The notes: generated from the sequence alone by a model not told the origin. Positions 13,301 through 26,400 are shown, numbered from the whole stretch's first letter. The stretch is DNA of 58,345 nucleotides, filler included, from Sphacelaria rigidula (GCA_964200075.2; 3 parts of 3 records of this genome joined end to end with filler, not necessarily neighbours in it); one strand, 5' to 3'. Program-made: numbers and translations.

Positions 13301-16300
13301 CGCTTGTCTCTCGTAGGGGCTATCATTCCGCTGAACTAAATCAAGTTGTATCACCTACCATCAATTTAAGCTTTCCTTTATTACAAAGACAAACCGTATT
13401 GATTACCGCGTGTTTGTGGAAACTTATTTCTTATACCTCAGAGTATAGAGTTTCTCCTGTTTGCGCGTGGGTGGGCATTCTACGCGATGCGAAACTGTCA
13501 ATATTTTCAATGCCGATGTAAAACCCACATTTCTTTGTGTGGGCATAAGCAGTGTTCCTCCCACACGTGAAAAATGCTCCCATCTGTGTTGGCATAGATG
13601 ACTATCATCAGCGGGTCGGAGGGTCCAGCATCAACAGTCACATCGGGGGATGACACGGTCTCAATACATACGATGACAAACGGCACCGTCGACGCCATCA
13701 AGCTGGAATTGGAGTTGCTGTCTGCGGTTGGAGAGGTAAGACAGTGACCAGTAATGACAGTACCTACATACATAATACGGAGCGTTGAATAAGTTATACC
13801 GCGAGACAACATTTCATGTACAGCCTTCATCCACTCGATATGTGTACATCAGCTTGATGGGTAGTAGCATGAATGGGTTCCACGCTCGTGAACTTTGTCG
13901 AGGATGTACCTGTGCCCCTACGTTGGCACAAAGGTACATGCCTATTGGATGAATGTCAACCACGACTTGGTGGTACACGGGGCGTTTTAGATTTTCGAAC
14001 AGTTTTGGGAAAATTACCACCACCAGCCTCGTATCCTTCCCCGCCCGATCTCGTCAACGTCACGTACATTGCCCTCCTTCCCTTGCTTGGGTCAGATCGC
14101 GAGGCACTCGGGAGCATATCCAGCTGAGATCTTTACCCTAGCTCTGGCCCCACCTCTAGTCCCAGTCCTTGCCGTAATACGCCCCCTTTTGTGCTTGGGG
14201 TGTGCAGGTGACGGTGTATGCGCGAGAAAACGAAACGATGGACGATACATGCGTGTGGGACATCATGTTCGATACCAACACGGGGAATGAGGAGGACGGC
14301 GGCCAGCTTCCCCTGCTTATGGCTGCATTCTACGATTTGGATAATTCCAGCTACGGGGATCTCAGCAATGCTACCGTTAAGGTATTTGTCGCTTACAGTC
14401 GTGAAGTGTGTCTTGTCGGTTGGGCAACCCCAGCACCAATATCGATCTATCAGGTTTCTTCAGCTCAGCGCTTCTTGCTGATGGGTTCTGTGTCCCTGCA
14501 AAACGAGAAGCCACGTTGGTCGGTATGCTCCAAAACACTTCCGTGCCGACGAACACGATGGGACACCCTATCTGCATCGCACTTGTTCATACCAACTACT
14601 TTGAAATTGTACAGTACATATAGTCGAACTACCTCCCGACTGTCGGCGGTAGAGAAACTCCTGAGGTGAAAGTGCGGGCGGGATATACGAAAGTTACAGT
14701 CAAAGCATGCTTACAGGTCTGCTAGATGTCATGCTTATGCAAAGTTTGAAGTAAAGGGAACTCTGTTTCTGTGTTTAATTGTGCCGTTTGCTGTAACGCC
14801 AGGGGTTGAACGAAGCTACAATATCCCGCAACCGTTCCGGTACAAGCACAAACCTCGGAGGAGACTTTGCGCTGACGCTGGACGGCGCAAGATCGCAGTA
14901 TCTACCGAGCAACGTATCAGCAAGAGACTTCAAGCTAGCCCTCGAGGCTTTATCTACCGTGGGCACTGTGAATGTCGAACGATACGACGGGGACGCCGAG
15001 GTAAGCCTAGACGCATAGTCGATCTGAGTTTTTTGTTTCCATACATGACGTGTACGCGTGTTCGCTTTTGACTTCAGCGCGCAAATATTTCGCTCGAATA
15101 TCAGGAAATAAATCGCGGAACACATGGGATTTGACGGGGGGGGGGAGGGTCCTCATATTTTTGCCAAAACAATACGCGCGTGAGTGAAGAGACGTGTTCA
15201 CGGTTGTACCCTCACAGTTGTCAGAGTGTATGCACATGCCGGGTAGGGGTCTATATGTGTCGTGAGCCATGAAGAAATTCATGAACTCGGGACAAGCATT
15301 AATTCAGTCTCGATTCCCTCAAAACACAAGTCGCTGTCCTCCTCATCACATGATAAGTAGGCGGTGTAGTTGTTCACTTCCTTACATTCTCAATCAATGT
15401 TCTCCGAGTATTATTTGACCTTATGAGCATCGTATCTAATCTTATGCGATGTCCAACTTCGTCCTTCAGGAATCCATGTTTCTCCGAGCCGTATGTGAAA
15501 CCGGCTTACGTGTAATGGGATGAGCACACTGAAACCAAATAATTATCTGATGAACGCTGACAGTCAGGATGCTAGAGTCTTCGGAAACGAACGTCTACAT
15601 GAACGCATTTTCTGGATTTGAGAGGTCGTCCTCCTCACCGAACAAATTCGCAAAATATACTGTTCCCCAATTGTTTTTTCGGTGTAGGTCAGGAAACCCA
15701 GCTATCGGTTTCCGACAAGACTCAGGGAATGGGGTAATGTCATAGGCCGTAAAATACAAGGTTACGGGTACGATTATCTATTTGTCTCCTTCATTTTGCT
15801 GCGAGCTGTGAGTATGGTTGAGATCATTCCTTTGTTTTCGCTTCATTTCAGATGCATGGGAAATAGTTCTTCCTTCATTCATGCGCCGATTCTCGCTTGC
15901 CTACTGGACGACGTCGTATTGCTGGTTGGACCCTCAGGTGTACGGTGGATACACGTGGCTTGTGACATTCAACACAGACTTGGGAGACGTGAGCTCCGTC
16001 ACAGCTGACACGATGTCTATGACGGGTACAGCGCCAAATCTTGCAGTTTCCGAAGATGTACAAGGAGTCGCCCCTTCGTTTGCTTCACTGGATCCTTCCA
16101 ACGATCTTCCGTTAGGATCTGCTACTGTTACGGATTTATCAGATCTGGCCGTGGTTGTGAGTGGTCTCGAAGAAGGCGTGGCGTACTATTTCCGCGTTAC
16201 CGCGTCCAACTATATCGGCCCAGGTATGTTCGGAAATGTTTTGTTGTACGTTCATTATGCGAGTGTCGTTCACAAAGTACAATCACGCGACAAATTGGTT

Positions 16301-18400
16301 GAGCGATAAACAGGCAGTGACACACGGGATGAGTACGATCTGAATGATCATCTTACGTACAGCATGGGTGTGAACGTACTTGAAAGATGTTGTTTTGGAC
16401 GCTTCTTTCAAGCTTGCCATCGCAAATACGCAGCTGTACCGTTCAATAACTATGACATAGAAACTCAGATTGGCCATATGGCAAAGAAATGCATCAGTCT
16501 GCGGGCTCCCACGAGGTCTGTATCTCACCTCACTCTTCGTACGAACCGACTGCGTAGATTGAGTTTTCTGCACCATGCGGTACGGCTGTCTGTGAGGTCC
16601 TTCAAAGCTTGATGCAACCATGTAATTTCCACCGTCCCTATAAGGGTTCCATCTCAACCCTGCCTCGGAATGGCGTGTATCTGTCAACGAATAGGTCCAT
16701 CGGCGCTGGCAGACACACCCTTTGCCATCCCTATGCCGCAGCCTAGCGAACCTCCATCGAATGTTACTCTTGAAGCTGTGGATGGCAACACTCTCAGGGT
16801 GGGCTTCAGTGCACCGGCTTCAACCGGAGGGGAGGAAGTTGACAGGTAGGGCTCGACGTAGACGAGAGATCCGTGCTGCGTAAGTGTCGGTTTGGTAGTA
16901 TACACTTCGAAGTTTATTTCTCGCCCAAAGATTCGGTCTTAGCCATTAGTTTGTGACCCCAACACAAAAAGCTATTGTAGTGCCCAAATTGTTGGCGGGA
17001 ACATTTGCAACAAATTGTGAAGCATTTCCACGAACGATCTTCTCGCTAAAAAACACGAACCACCGATTGAAGTACAGGGCAAATTTACAGTGGGAACAAT
17101 CGGATGCGTTAAAAATAGTTCCGAAAGACGCCACTTCCCTGGCGTCTATATATGACGATGTGTTTACCCATTACTGCCTATACGAGATTGTGAACCAGCT
17201 TGAAACAGGTCCCCCAATTTTTGGTGATGACGCTGAAGATTCCGTGGATAAGAGATCAACGCTTTGTGTGAAGCAAACTCAGTATCTCTGGATGGGTTTT
17301 GGCGGAGGAGTTAGGCTGGTGTCATGGCCGAGCAGGTTTTGTAAAATAAGGGATGTTGAGTGAAACAGGTCAGGTTCACACCAATCGGCTCGTTCAGCCG
17401 GCAGGTGATCAAATTGAAGGTACGAACGTATTGCGGGCATCAATCGGCCTGGCTGGTGTGTGTACGCCACTGTTGTACGTGGGAGATAATAAGATATGTA
17501 TGCTATACTTTGTGTTCGAATCGTCTCAGTACGCGATGACACGTATGACTTGGATCGGCAAGGGCGCCACAACGCCAAGTCTATAGTGTGAGAAGGACCA
17601 ACTGGTGTCGAGCTATGTCCTACTTATATGGCATTGCGCTTTCAGCAGCCGAATGACCTGTCGTTTCTAGCTCTACACGACTAGATGACCGTATGTCTCG
17701 AACTACGGCGAGTACAAAACACTATACTGAAACAACATAATTTGACGCATGTCCCAGATTGTCCACCAGAAGTGGTTCCACGTGCTGGTTCTGAGTGTCC
17801 GGTTCCATTATAAGTTGCAAGAACGTACAACCTGCTCGGGAGTGCTTTTCTCGGGTTATTAGCTACAAATACAGCACGTATTCGTGGAACGCAAGACGTG
17901 CACCTTCGTACCGCTGCAGTTCTCAGCTTTTAGGCTGTATCTGCAACGCCTGCACTGTTATCGTGTGCATCTCATAACGCGACTTGAACCAGATCGCTTG
18001 AAATTTCGACACGGAGCAGTCAGTCGTGAAAAAAGAGATGATGGAAACTTTTACGTCTCCAGGTCGTGTGCAATCACCGCAGGTTTTCCCTCGAACAACT
18101 CAGCAATTTCACGAACTGAAAGAACCAGATGCCCCGATCATTTAGCGCTACCCCCCCCCCCCACGTTTCCCGTCCCGATCTGTCGTTTCCATTCACTGAT
18201 GTTACAGGTATAGAGTGGAATACTCCGAGTCTCCGTTTGTGGACGAAGCACAGGCGTTGAGCGTTGCGTGCGAGTCTGAGCAAGAAGTGCAGGTTATCAC
18301 GACGAACGCTTCAACCATTCTCGAAGTGCAGCTACTTCATCTCAAGATGGCAGACAATTTCACCGAGGAATACCCCGGGGACACCTTGTACGAGATACAG
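6201..18400 (+). CDS. Partial multi-exon gene for a large fibronectin type III domain / repeat-containing, probably extracellular protein. Exons: 6201-6354, 6889-6920, 7546-7638, 10407-10514, 11054-11138, 12013-12179, 12564-12668, 13598-13735, 14208-14381, 14803-15000, 15938-16223, 16695-16845, 18208-18400. Start and end not found.
   Basis: 13 exons with AG acceptors and GT donors (last donor GC) splice into one continuous open frame with matching phases. FN3 motifs SGLEEGVAYYFRVTASNYIGPG and PSEPPSNVTLEAVDGNTLRVGFSAPASTGGEEVDRYRVEY. Recurrent EVQ...ALE.L..VG.V.V...GYTW.VTF...GDV repeat. Many N-x-S/T sequons. Confidence 0.85.
6889..6920 (+). CDS. FN3/repeat protein 32-nt micro-exon (DPDNQLGYSWT)
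   Basis: gatag| and |gtgagc. Restores phase between neighbouring exons and supplies the GY.W motif of the repeat. Confidence 0.75.
7546..7638 (+). CDS. FN3/repeat protein exon (VLFLELEGDVVAIEADASNLTGDGSNVTVQE)
   Basis: aacag| and |gtgaga, phase 0/0. Confidence 0.8.
8188..8251 (+). repeat. Family A micro-element, 5'-truncated, between C-runs
   Basis: CGACTAAGGCAAGCAACAAATGAGTACG flanked by C tracts. Confidence 0.8.
8450..10098 (+). mobile_element. Decayed non-LTR (LINE) retrotransposon fragment in an intron of the FN3 gene
   Basis: Purine-rich sense strand. RT motifs LFKKADTADPGNHRGITLLNIVGK, Q.GFRPSRSCVDH, FLDVPKACD, QGCTSSP, IFADDF (~10030). Many stops and frameshifts; left boundary approximate. 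Confidence 0.85.
10098..10240 (+). repeat. Poly(C)-tailed element family B, long copy (~140 bp)
   Basis: ACACA.CACGGCGCTTCGCGCTT...CCGGCG.AA.CCCGGCGTGCT...ATGAGTACGCCC; homologous to 41523-41681, with partial copies at 6751, 21475 and 25735 (-). Confidence 0.85.
10347..10396 (+). repeat. (TGT)n microsatellite
   Basis: About 16 perfect units, ending ~10 nt upstream of the exon acceptor at 10407. Confidence 0.95.
10407..10514 (+). CDS. FN3/repeat protein exon (VRKGTWQEIQTV...FVLSFGDE)
   Basis: atcag| and |gtgagc, phase 0/0. Confidence 0.8.
11054..11138 (+). CDS. FN3/repeat protein exon (VTGPILANSNGSCEPAASEVQIISTSTS)
   Basis: ttcag| and |gtgaga, phase 0 to 1; not in the supplied ORF track. 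Confidence 0.75.
12013..12179 (+). CDS. FN3/repeat protein exon (DTTSAGG...NSIQDALLE)
   Basis: aacag| and |gtaaga, phase 1 to 0. Confidence 0.8.
12564..12668 (+). CDS. FN3/repeat protein exon (VDGVDGVSV...CQWFVTFTDIPGNVDQ)
   Basis: cgcag| and |gtattg, phase 0/0. Confidence 0.8.
13598..13735 (+). CDS. FN3/repeat protein exon (MTIISGSEG...IKLELELLSAVGE)
   Basis: catag| and |gtaaga, phase 0/0. Confidence 0.75.
14208..14381 (+). CDS. FN3/repeat protein exon (VTVYARENET...CVWDIMFDTNTG...NATVK)
   Basis: tgcag| and |gtattt, phase 0/0. Confidence 0.8.
14803..15000 (+). CDS. FN3/repeat protein exon (GLNEAT...GGDFALTLDG...ALEALSTVGTVNVERYDGDAE)
   Basis: gccag| and |gtaagc, phase 0/0. Confidence 0.85.
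15938..16223 (+). CDS. FN3/repeat protein exon (VYGGYTWLVTF...GLEEGVAYYFRVTASNYIGP)
   Basis: ctcag| and |gtatgt; contains the FN3 C-terminal signature. Confidence 0.85.
16695..16845 (+). CDS. FN3/repeat protein exon (GPSALADTP...PPSNVTL...PASTGGEEVD)
   Basis: aatag| and |gtaggg; FN3 N-terminal half. Confidence 0.85.
18208..18400 (+). CDS. FN3/repeat protein exon (RYRVEYSESPF...EVQVITT...LYEIQ)
   Basis: tacag| acceptor in the correct phase; probable GC donor CAG|GCAAGT. Confidence 0.8.
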
Positions 18401-18746
18401 GCAAGTATTCCCTCTCGTCGTGTTTACATGAATAGAACGTTGGACGCATTTGTGCGGTTGCCAGATGTAATCGTGTTTGCCGAATATTGTTTAGATTGCT
18501 CCGAAGGGAATCTGGATTCGTTTGGGCGTAGCTGTACTTTTGCAGCGTGAAACGTGGACTATCTTTCCTTTTGTGACATTGATGTTGATTTTTGAAAGAC
18601 GGCCTTTTTTGTGAAGTTAAATACTAAGCACAAAATTCAACCTCAAGGTTCATAGCATCGGAATTGCGGGTAAACTGGGAGGTATCGTCTTTTTCGCTTT
18701 GGCAGGGTTGACGACTCGCTCACGTAGTATCGCTCATGTACCAGGA

Positions 18747-18925
18747 CCCCCCCCCCCCATGCCCCGTCTCTGTCTCGAAAGGGATTCGTGGTCAATGATC
18801 ACACGTCTAAGGCAAGCAACAAATGAGTACGCCCCCCCCCCATGCTCCGTCTCGAAAGGAGTGTGTGGTAAATGGTTAAACGGCTAAAGCAAGCAACAAA
18901 TGAGTACACCCCTCCTCGCCCCCCC
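18747..18925 (+). repeat. Two head-to-tail family A micro-elements separated by C-runs
   Basis: Two ~70-80-bp copies each ending ATGAGTAC(G/A)CCC. Confidence 0.85.
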
Positions 18926-19388
18926 GCGCGCCACGCCCTCATTTTACCAAGCGTGATGTGAACCCATTCCTGTTTTACGTTTCCCACGCCACCTCGTAGC
19001 ACATGAGTTTCAAAAGATCTGGAGTTCTCAAGTGATACTTCGGATGAAAGATCGTCATCCCAGCGTTGCATCGTTACCAGAAACTGCGGTCGAAGGTTCA
19101 TAGCAATACGGAGGGTAATATGGGCATACACGGGTTGCTTCAAATCCACGAGATCGTAACGAAAACCCGTCGTCTAACGATCGTACGGCATGGAGCCAAC
19201 CAAAGACAACTCCGCACGAGTAAGATGATCACTGTCGAGGTGTTTTGCGCTATGATTTTTTAACCACTCCCCTCTATACCTCGCTCCCTCTCCTCCCCCC
19301 CACCCCCCTACGAGACCCCCGATGGGGTTGACGTCGGTTGGCGATGACGCTGTAAAACACGCCACTCACTGCGTAAGCAAGGCAACCA

Positions 19389-19488
19389 NNNNNNNNNNNN
19401 NNNNNNNNNNNNNNNNNNNNNNNNNNNNNNNNTTAATTAATTAANNNNNNNNNNNNNNNNNNNNNNNNNNNNNNNNNNNNNNNNNNNN
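19389..19488. other. Artificial contig linker (N44-TTAATTAATTAA-N44)
   Basis: Exactly 100 bp; the 12-mer puts stops in all six frames; identical to 38872-38971. Confidence 0.98.
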
Positions 19489-20348
19489 CCGCAGCACAAA
19501 AATATCAGACGAGTAGCGGTAAAAGTTATCAAATAAAGCAAAAAAAAAAAAAAACACACACACACACACAGTCACAGCCGTCCGTCTGAGATCGACTTCT
19601 ACATCATCCTGCCAATATTAGCGGAGTATAGGACTGGATGCGAATGCTGACAAGAAGAAAAAAAGTCCCGACATGAGCTACACATGTTTTCCCCCCCTCG
19701 AACCACAGGAGGCATGCTCATCTGCAGATGTTTTGAAGGCGTGAGCTATACACGATAAATGAGCCAAGTCATGATCTGTCCAAAGTGTGAAGCATCTTGT
19801 ACACGGAAATGATAACGCAACTAAAACCGGACGGCCGGCCGGAAGGACGGAACGGACAGACGCACTGAATTGACTCGAGTACTGATTCACGTTGCATCAT
19901 TTTCTCGAGTTTTATTCCGCTCTGCTCTTGCCTCAATTTGACACCTCGAGTAACGCCTCCATCTCGCAACCAGGGCTATTATAATTATGGACTCATATCA
20001 GATAAGTCGATAAGTCCATCCACGAGCAGCGATCGGTCACACGCTCAATCGATTCATCACATAACCCAACAAAGGGTATCATAGACCAGGTCCGTCCTCT
20101 TCGTCGGTGAGCACCTGTGACAAATAATTCAGTACCCAGTTTTCGCTTCATCAAATCTTGCCCGATAACAAAAAATGTAAAGGTTGGCACGCAGCCAGGC
20201 ACACTGGTTTCGGATTCTGTTTTTGTAGGTTCCACGCCTTCAACTTTTCGTCCACCTACACACCTCCCCGGGCCCAGAAGGCTCAAACAATTGCAAAGTG
20301 CGACAGGCTATCGATCCGTCTATCTCAGACTGCTCATCGATTTGTCAC

Positions 20349-20480
20349 CTGGCCTCGTGGATCGAAGTGTACCTCAGTCCAACGACCAAACCGAGAAGAG
20401 TTATTATTGCGCAGGGTCTTCGCGTTTCCGAAGGACTCCAGCACGGGGTTAGCGTGAAGGATACGCTGCTCTACAGCGTT
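20349..20480 (-). CDS. Myosin exon 6: switch I
   Basis: [25 protein letters not shown]. Confidence 0.95.
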
Positions 20481-23400
20481 CTGCAAACATGAAAAATAGT
20501 GGAAGGGGGGCAAAATACAGCGAGAGACAGGGGGAGAGGACAGACAGAAGACAGACAGAGAAGAGAGAGAGTTAGCGCCCGACAGGAGGTAGAAAGGAAC
20601 TCGCAGAATGGAGTAAACACAAGAGCACACGCGACAAATATCACAGACAAATGAATTTGGGAGGGAAAAAAAAAAGAAGAGTAATACGGTCAACAGTCGG
20701 TTAACATTGTGTGCGCGAAGGCTGCATCACCCCTATGAACGAAAACAGAAACAGAAGAGGACAAGTACATCGACGGAACCCAAAATTACAACAAGTAACA
20801 CAGAAGCAACAAACAAAAGCAGCAGCAGCAGCAACAACAACAACAACAACAACCAGGCCGGTAGCTACCGTGTAACAGGACGCACGGCCCGGATGATGAC
20901 CAATCAATTGCTCCGCCGTTTACTCGTCATCAGGTTCACCGGAACACCGCCCTTCGAGTCTACGTATACTAATGCACCACTTCATGTATCGAGGTAAGCG
21001 CCCGATTGCTTCTCCAGAAATGATCCTGGAAAAGGTTCTCATGGCCAGGGACTTTGGCTGAACGGCCTTGCTGTTGCTGCGCCATGAACAACAGGGCGCG
21101 CGATGCCGCAAATTGTGATCGCTACGTTCACCCTTCGAGCATTTATTTTTCTCTTCTCTTCGAACACAACAGTGCGAGAGGATGTCCTGATGAATCCGAA
21201 ATCCTAGGGGGTGGAAGGCTCGCTGTGTTGCTCTTCCTTTGCTCAAAACATGAAGAAATACTTGTAATGAAGAAGCACAAGAAATAGTCTGCATTCCGCA
21301 CACACACACACACACACACAAGATTCACAGACACGCCTATGAGTCTACGCTGTACCTCTCAAAGAGAACACCTCTCTCCGTCCCCCGCTCCCCCCCCCGT
21401 GCTCCATCTCGAAAGAGATGCGTGGTCAATGGTCGAACGACTAAGGCAAGCAACAAATGAGTACGCTTCCCCACTGGTTTTTTGTAGGGGCGCGAGGTCA
21501 ATGGTCTTATGACAACGGCATGCATGATCGTGAGTACACTCCCCCCCCTCGCCACCGCCGCTGCCTCACTAGTCATCATTTTCTTCCATGTCTACGAGAG
21601 AGCGAAAGTTCACCACACAATCGTACAAGACGGGGCAATGATATATATCTCGCCCCAGGCGCGAAACAACATGTGCTTCAACTTTCGCCGCGTGAAAATC
21701 ACGGCGTTACGGCGCCAAGAGATCATGGTACCGTCAAAGGATTTCGCCAAAACCGTGAGGTGAAAAGCGGGACCTTGTGGAACTGTTATCGGGGGGCCTT
21801 CGGCTTCGCTTCAAGAGAAACACCCATCGAAATGGGGGGAAATTACTACTCCCCGGATGATACGATATCCAGTCACCCTACAGTATCCTTGTGTAGGCAG
21901 AGACATAAGGCCAAAACAGCGTGTGCGCCTACCTCACGCGCATAAAAATGACACATGCGCGCACACGCGGAAGCCTACACACGCATACAATCAATCCATG
22001 CACGGGCATACAGATCAGACCCACACACACAAGCACAAGAGCGCACACGTCGCCTGTACCTGGGAGCCCGCGACCTCGGCGAGAAAGTTGAAGCATTGCT
22101 TTGTGGCCTCCGTTTTACCCGCTCCCGATTCTCCGGAGATCAGAATGGCCTGTAGAAGATAAGAAAGACGGATCGTGCGTCACAGCAGGCACAAACCAAC
22201 GACGAAAGGCACAAGCTACATATTTTCACGCTCCCGAAGGCGGCACCAGGGCAGCACACTGCGAATGTCCTCATCAAGATAACACGTCGTTTCGCTACGC
22301 ACTTATATTCTACAAAAGTGAATATGAAGACGGCGATTATGTGGCAATCGTTTCTTGTGCTATATAACACGGAATGTATGAATACATTATATATAAATAT
22401 GTGTGTTTGATTCTTTTCCTCTCCTGGTGTTTCTCGGGAAAATGTCTCAAAACACTGTGTCTTTCTTAACGGTTATTTGGTTTGAGGAAAATTGTTTGAG
22501 AAATGGAAAATTTCTCAACGAACGGCCACATCTCTGGCATTCGTTTGAGAGATCCCCGTCACTTTTGGAACTTGATCAAACATGTTTCTGAAAAATCGCT
22601 GCAGCCGAATACGCCTCCATATGCAGGAACACGGAAACACCAAAACACAACGATTATACAAAACACACGCATATGAACTTGCATGGAACTGTACGTGACA
22701 AGCACACACTTGTGCATGATTGTACACAACACACAATGTACGCGGACGGACACGCACACGCATAAGCGGACGCAGATGCAGATACAGTACCTGCGAATTA
22801 TTCTCCTGAGTAAGCTTCATGAACGCCGAGTTGGCGATAGCAAACGTGTGCGGCGGATCCAGGCGATACGCCGACGGTTTAGCGTATTCCTCGATCGTGG
22901 CCGGCGAGTAGATCGGCAGCATCTTGAACGGGTTGATCGACACCAGCACGGAGTGATTTGCGCCCACCCACGTGTAAATCAGGTCCCGTTTGTAACGGTC
23001 GCGCAAGCTGTGCACCATGAGACCCTGAGACCAAAACGCAGCGTGGACGCGAAGGGAGCAGCGGAACGGGAGACGAAGCGCGTGGAGCACTAGACCCAAC
23101 GATGCCTTCATTTTCCTACTTTCAACGGCTCAACTTTCTCGGGACGAGCCCGTCGTCTCTAGAGATGAAACCATGTATCTCTTTCCCCTCGGTATTGCAC
23201 CCGCCTGACGTTTCGTTGGGACCATGACTTCATAAGAACGCCTGCATCACGTGGACTCTCGCTGGATCTTCTTTACCCATCACATCCCAACGTCTCATAA
23301 CGGGATTTCGAACCCACAAGCTCCCGCCTTGACTAGCTATTGGCGAACCATTTTAATTCAGTTCACAGGGGCACGACGGGTGCCACAGACAAGAGGCATA

Positions 23401-26400
23401 CTTATATTTCATTCATCCTGGACCCTTAGGCATACTTGGATAGGTGAAGAAATCATGTCAATAAGAGAGTGGATCAAGACGGAGCGTTAAGTGGCACATG
23501 TTCGGGAGCGATTTATTCCAAGCATTGACAGCATTGATCGTTGCTCGTGTTTGTGCCCGGCACTACTTTTGGGTTTCGGGGCTCCGTAGTCACTCAACTT
23601 CGCCTTCACTGCGGAGCTTTATCCTCTGGACAATGACTTACCAGTAAACAATCTAAGGGGAGCAAAACATTGGGACGAGCATAACAAAAATGACAGATCT
23701 ATCCAATCTCAAGCTTTTTTTTCCGAAAATGGGACCCGTCTTGTAGAGTATGTTTCAACCAACAACAATTGAAGGGGCGACGAGATCAAAATCCGCTTCG
23801 GACAAGCGCAACAGGAAAATCTTCACACAAATATACTCATGCATCACGTCTTGAAAAATATTCCAATAATGACACCCGTCCCGTTAGGCGTTCTAAAAAT
23901 CCTCACTGAAGATCCCCGTTTTTTAACTCGTTGGAGTAATTTTGGAAAATCATTATTCACGAAAGGAATAGAACGTACGAGGCCATCCGTCTTCACGTGT
24001 CGAGCAAGCTGGACCTAAATACGCTGCACCTTCGTCAGCAGTCATGATTTCTTTTCCGCATATCCTCTTGTCAGTGATGCAAGACCCTATCGATGCGTGA
24101 GAGTAAATGAATAAAAAATATCGTACGGACTTGAAATACACACATATACACGAGCAAGAAAAAAAAGAAGCGGGAAGCTCGAGCACGTGGAATCACATAC
24201 ACTATAATACAACGTCTCGCACAAAACTTGCGACGCATACACCTTTTATCGGATAGCCACCAACTACAACATGCCGCACAGGGAAGGGAACGAGATCCAC
24301 GCCTCACCCGCTTTTCCTCACAAGGACTCAAGTGGTACTCAAACGTACGGAACATCCACTGTGGCGGACTCATGACAAAATTACACACGACGGACACCTC
24401 ATGAGCTACCTGGATATTACTTCTTACTAGAGTACTGATCCGAATCATGAGCTACAATCAGTAGAGCTGACGAAATGTACGAAAACAATGGTTGGTACTC
24501 GATTAATCTTGCTTCAAGAATCAAGAAAGTTATGAGAAAATGTATAACTTCGGGCAGGTGAGCAGTGGTGAGCAGTAGACCTAGCTTGTCTAGAACGTGT
24601 TCTGGTCTAAAATCGGCTCAAAGGCGTCGATTTGAGCTCGGGCAACGCACACTTCGCCTAGGGAACACTCCGCGCCCCCTTGCCCCAGGGCTCTCTGTAT
24701 GGCCTTGGTCGGGGTTAGGGTTAGGGTTAGCGTTAGGGTCGGCGGTATCCCCGTAGTACCAAGCATTGTTTAGGTACATTTCGTCAGATCCCCTCGCTGT
24801 AATAGCTCATTTGGCCTCTAGATCCGTATTCGGTCCCGACAGTGATGTACACCGAGCACGCCGTGTAGCCGGAATGTAACGCTTTGGCTTCTCGGACACT
24901 GCTGTCACATTTTTTTTTTGTGTTTTTGCACAATGGATCTGAGAGTTCTCTTCGATTAGTTATTTCAGGTATAAGAGCTCATGACCTGTCCGTCCGACGT
25001 GTGGGAAAATCACAAAAACTTTTGTTCTTGTTTTTCAGTGTCCTCCGTACGCTGTTTCCATCTCTAGCGAGCGTTGCTGTTTCGTCTACTTGGGTACGCC
25101 TGTCTTGTGAGCGCGGCTAGATCCCTTGAGGATCAGCTATAATAGTGTGCGACAGTCGAATCAATTCATCAATCAATCACATCACATCACATCACAGCAC
25201 ATCGTATCATCACAAAGCGTGACAGCGCGACAAAACGCGAAATCAAAACCAACAACAAAATACACGGAAGAGCGAATGAAAGAAAGAGAGGGAAAAAAAA
25301 CGCATGCCCTTGTTTGTTCTTCTCCGTGCACATCCATCATCACCTGGTTGATAGCATCCACCATGACGAGATCGTCTTCGATGCGTGACAGAGACGAATG
25401 GTTCAGGGGCCACAGCGGCTCCTTGGCCGACCGCTTCACCGTTTTCTTTTGGCCGCTCTGTAGCTGTACGCTCACCGAGTCCCCGGACTCCTTCAGGATC
25501 CGCGCCGGCACCCACCCCTCCTTCTCGTCGCTTACCTAGACCCGCAAACGACAAAATAACAGGGAAAACATTCGGAGGGTAGGCACGGGTATGAAGTCCA
25601 TGTTCCAGGGTACCTGCATCCTGTTCCGGGATACCCTGACCGTGGATTACTCCGTACTCTTCATCACTTTCGGTCCGAACCCTTGCAGCACCCAGTAGTG
25701 CAGGTACTTTTTCCATGGTCTGGGTCTTCGGAGGTGTTCTCATGATATTGCATGCCGTAGTCATGCGACCACTGATCTCGCGTCCACCCTGTACTCGTCA
25801 TGGTGGACCCCAATCGATTACCCTGGTTGCACTCGTACGCGATAGGAGTCGACCGTTCGCTTGTGCGTTCCATCCCCTTCGACACCGAAGGCGACAGACA
25901 GGGTTTCCATCAACAACAATCTTTCTTTTTCTCGCGACACTTTTCAACGTCTCCTTCTCGGGATGAATCCGTGGTCTCAAAAGGATCAACCCATCCCTCA
26001 CGACATGCGGTACACGCTTTGCAATTCGGTGTCAAGGATTGGATCATGACCGAAACTCCCACACCCCACCAACTTCCGCCCTCAGGTTTTCAACCATGGA
26101 AATTAGACACCTATCAAGAAAAAAAATAGGAGGAAAAAAAACTGCATCTCCCGGAAACGAACCCTCACTCTTCCGTTCCATCTGATGTTGATACGAGCAA
26201 AAAACTGATTTGGTTCGCCAAATCGCACGGACTCAGCGACTGGAGACCATGCAAAACACGGCGCGCCGCCATCGGATATCGTGCACGCAAACCAGAAAGG
26301 AGCTGGTGCTCAGCTGTGGCAGCGTCGGGGCAAGAGGTAACGGACGCTAGAGGTAGATATTGTTCCGAAAGGTCTGGCACCCAAAGGGGTTACCTTCATC

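Noticed and set aside
18400-20349. FN3 gene and myosin as a convergent gene pair
   Set aside because: They are separated by an artificial linker and the contigs are probably unlinked.
23300-23380. Functional tRNA gene
   Set aside because: Only A/B-box-like motifs; no convincing acceptor or anticodon stems.
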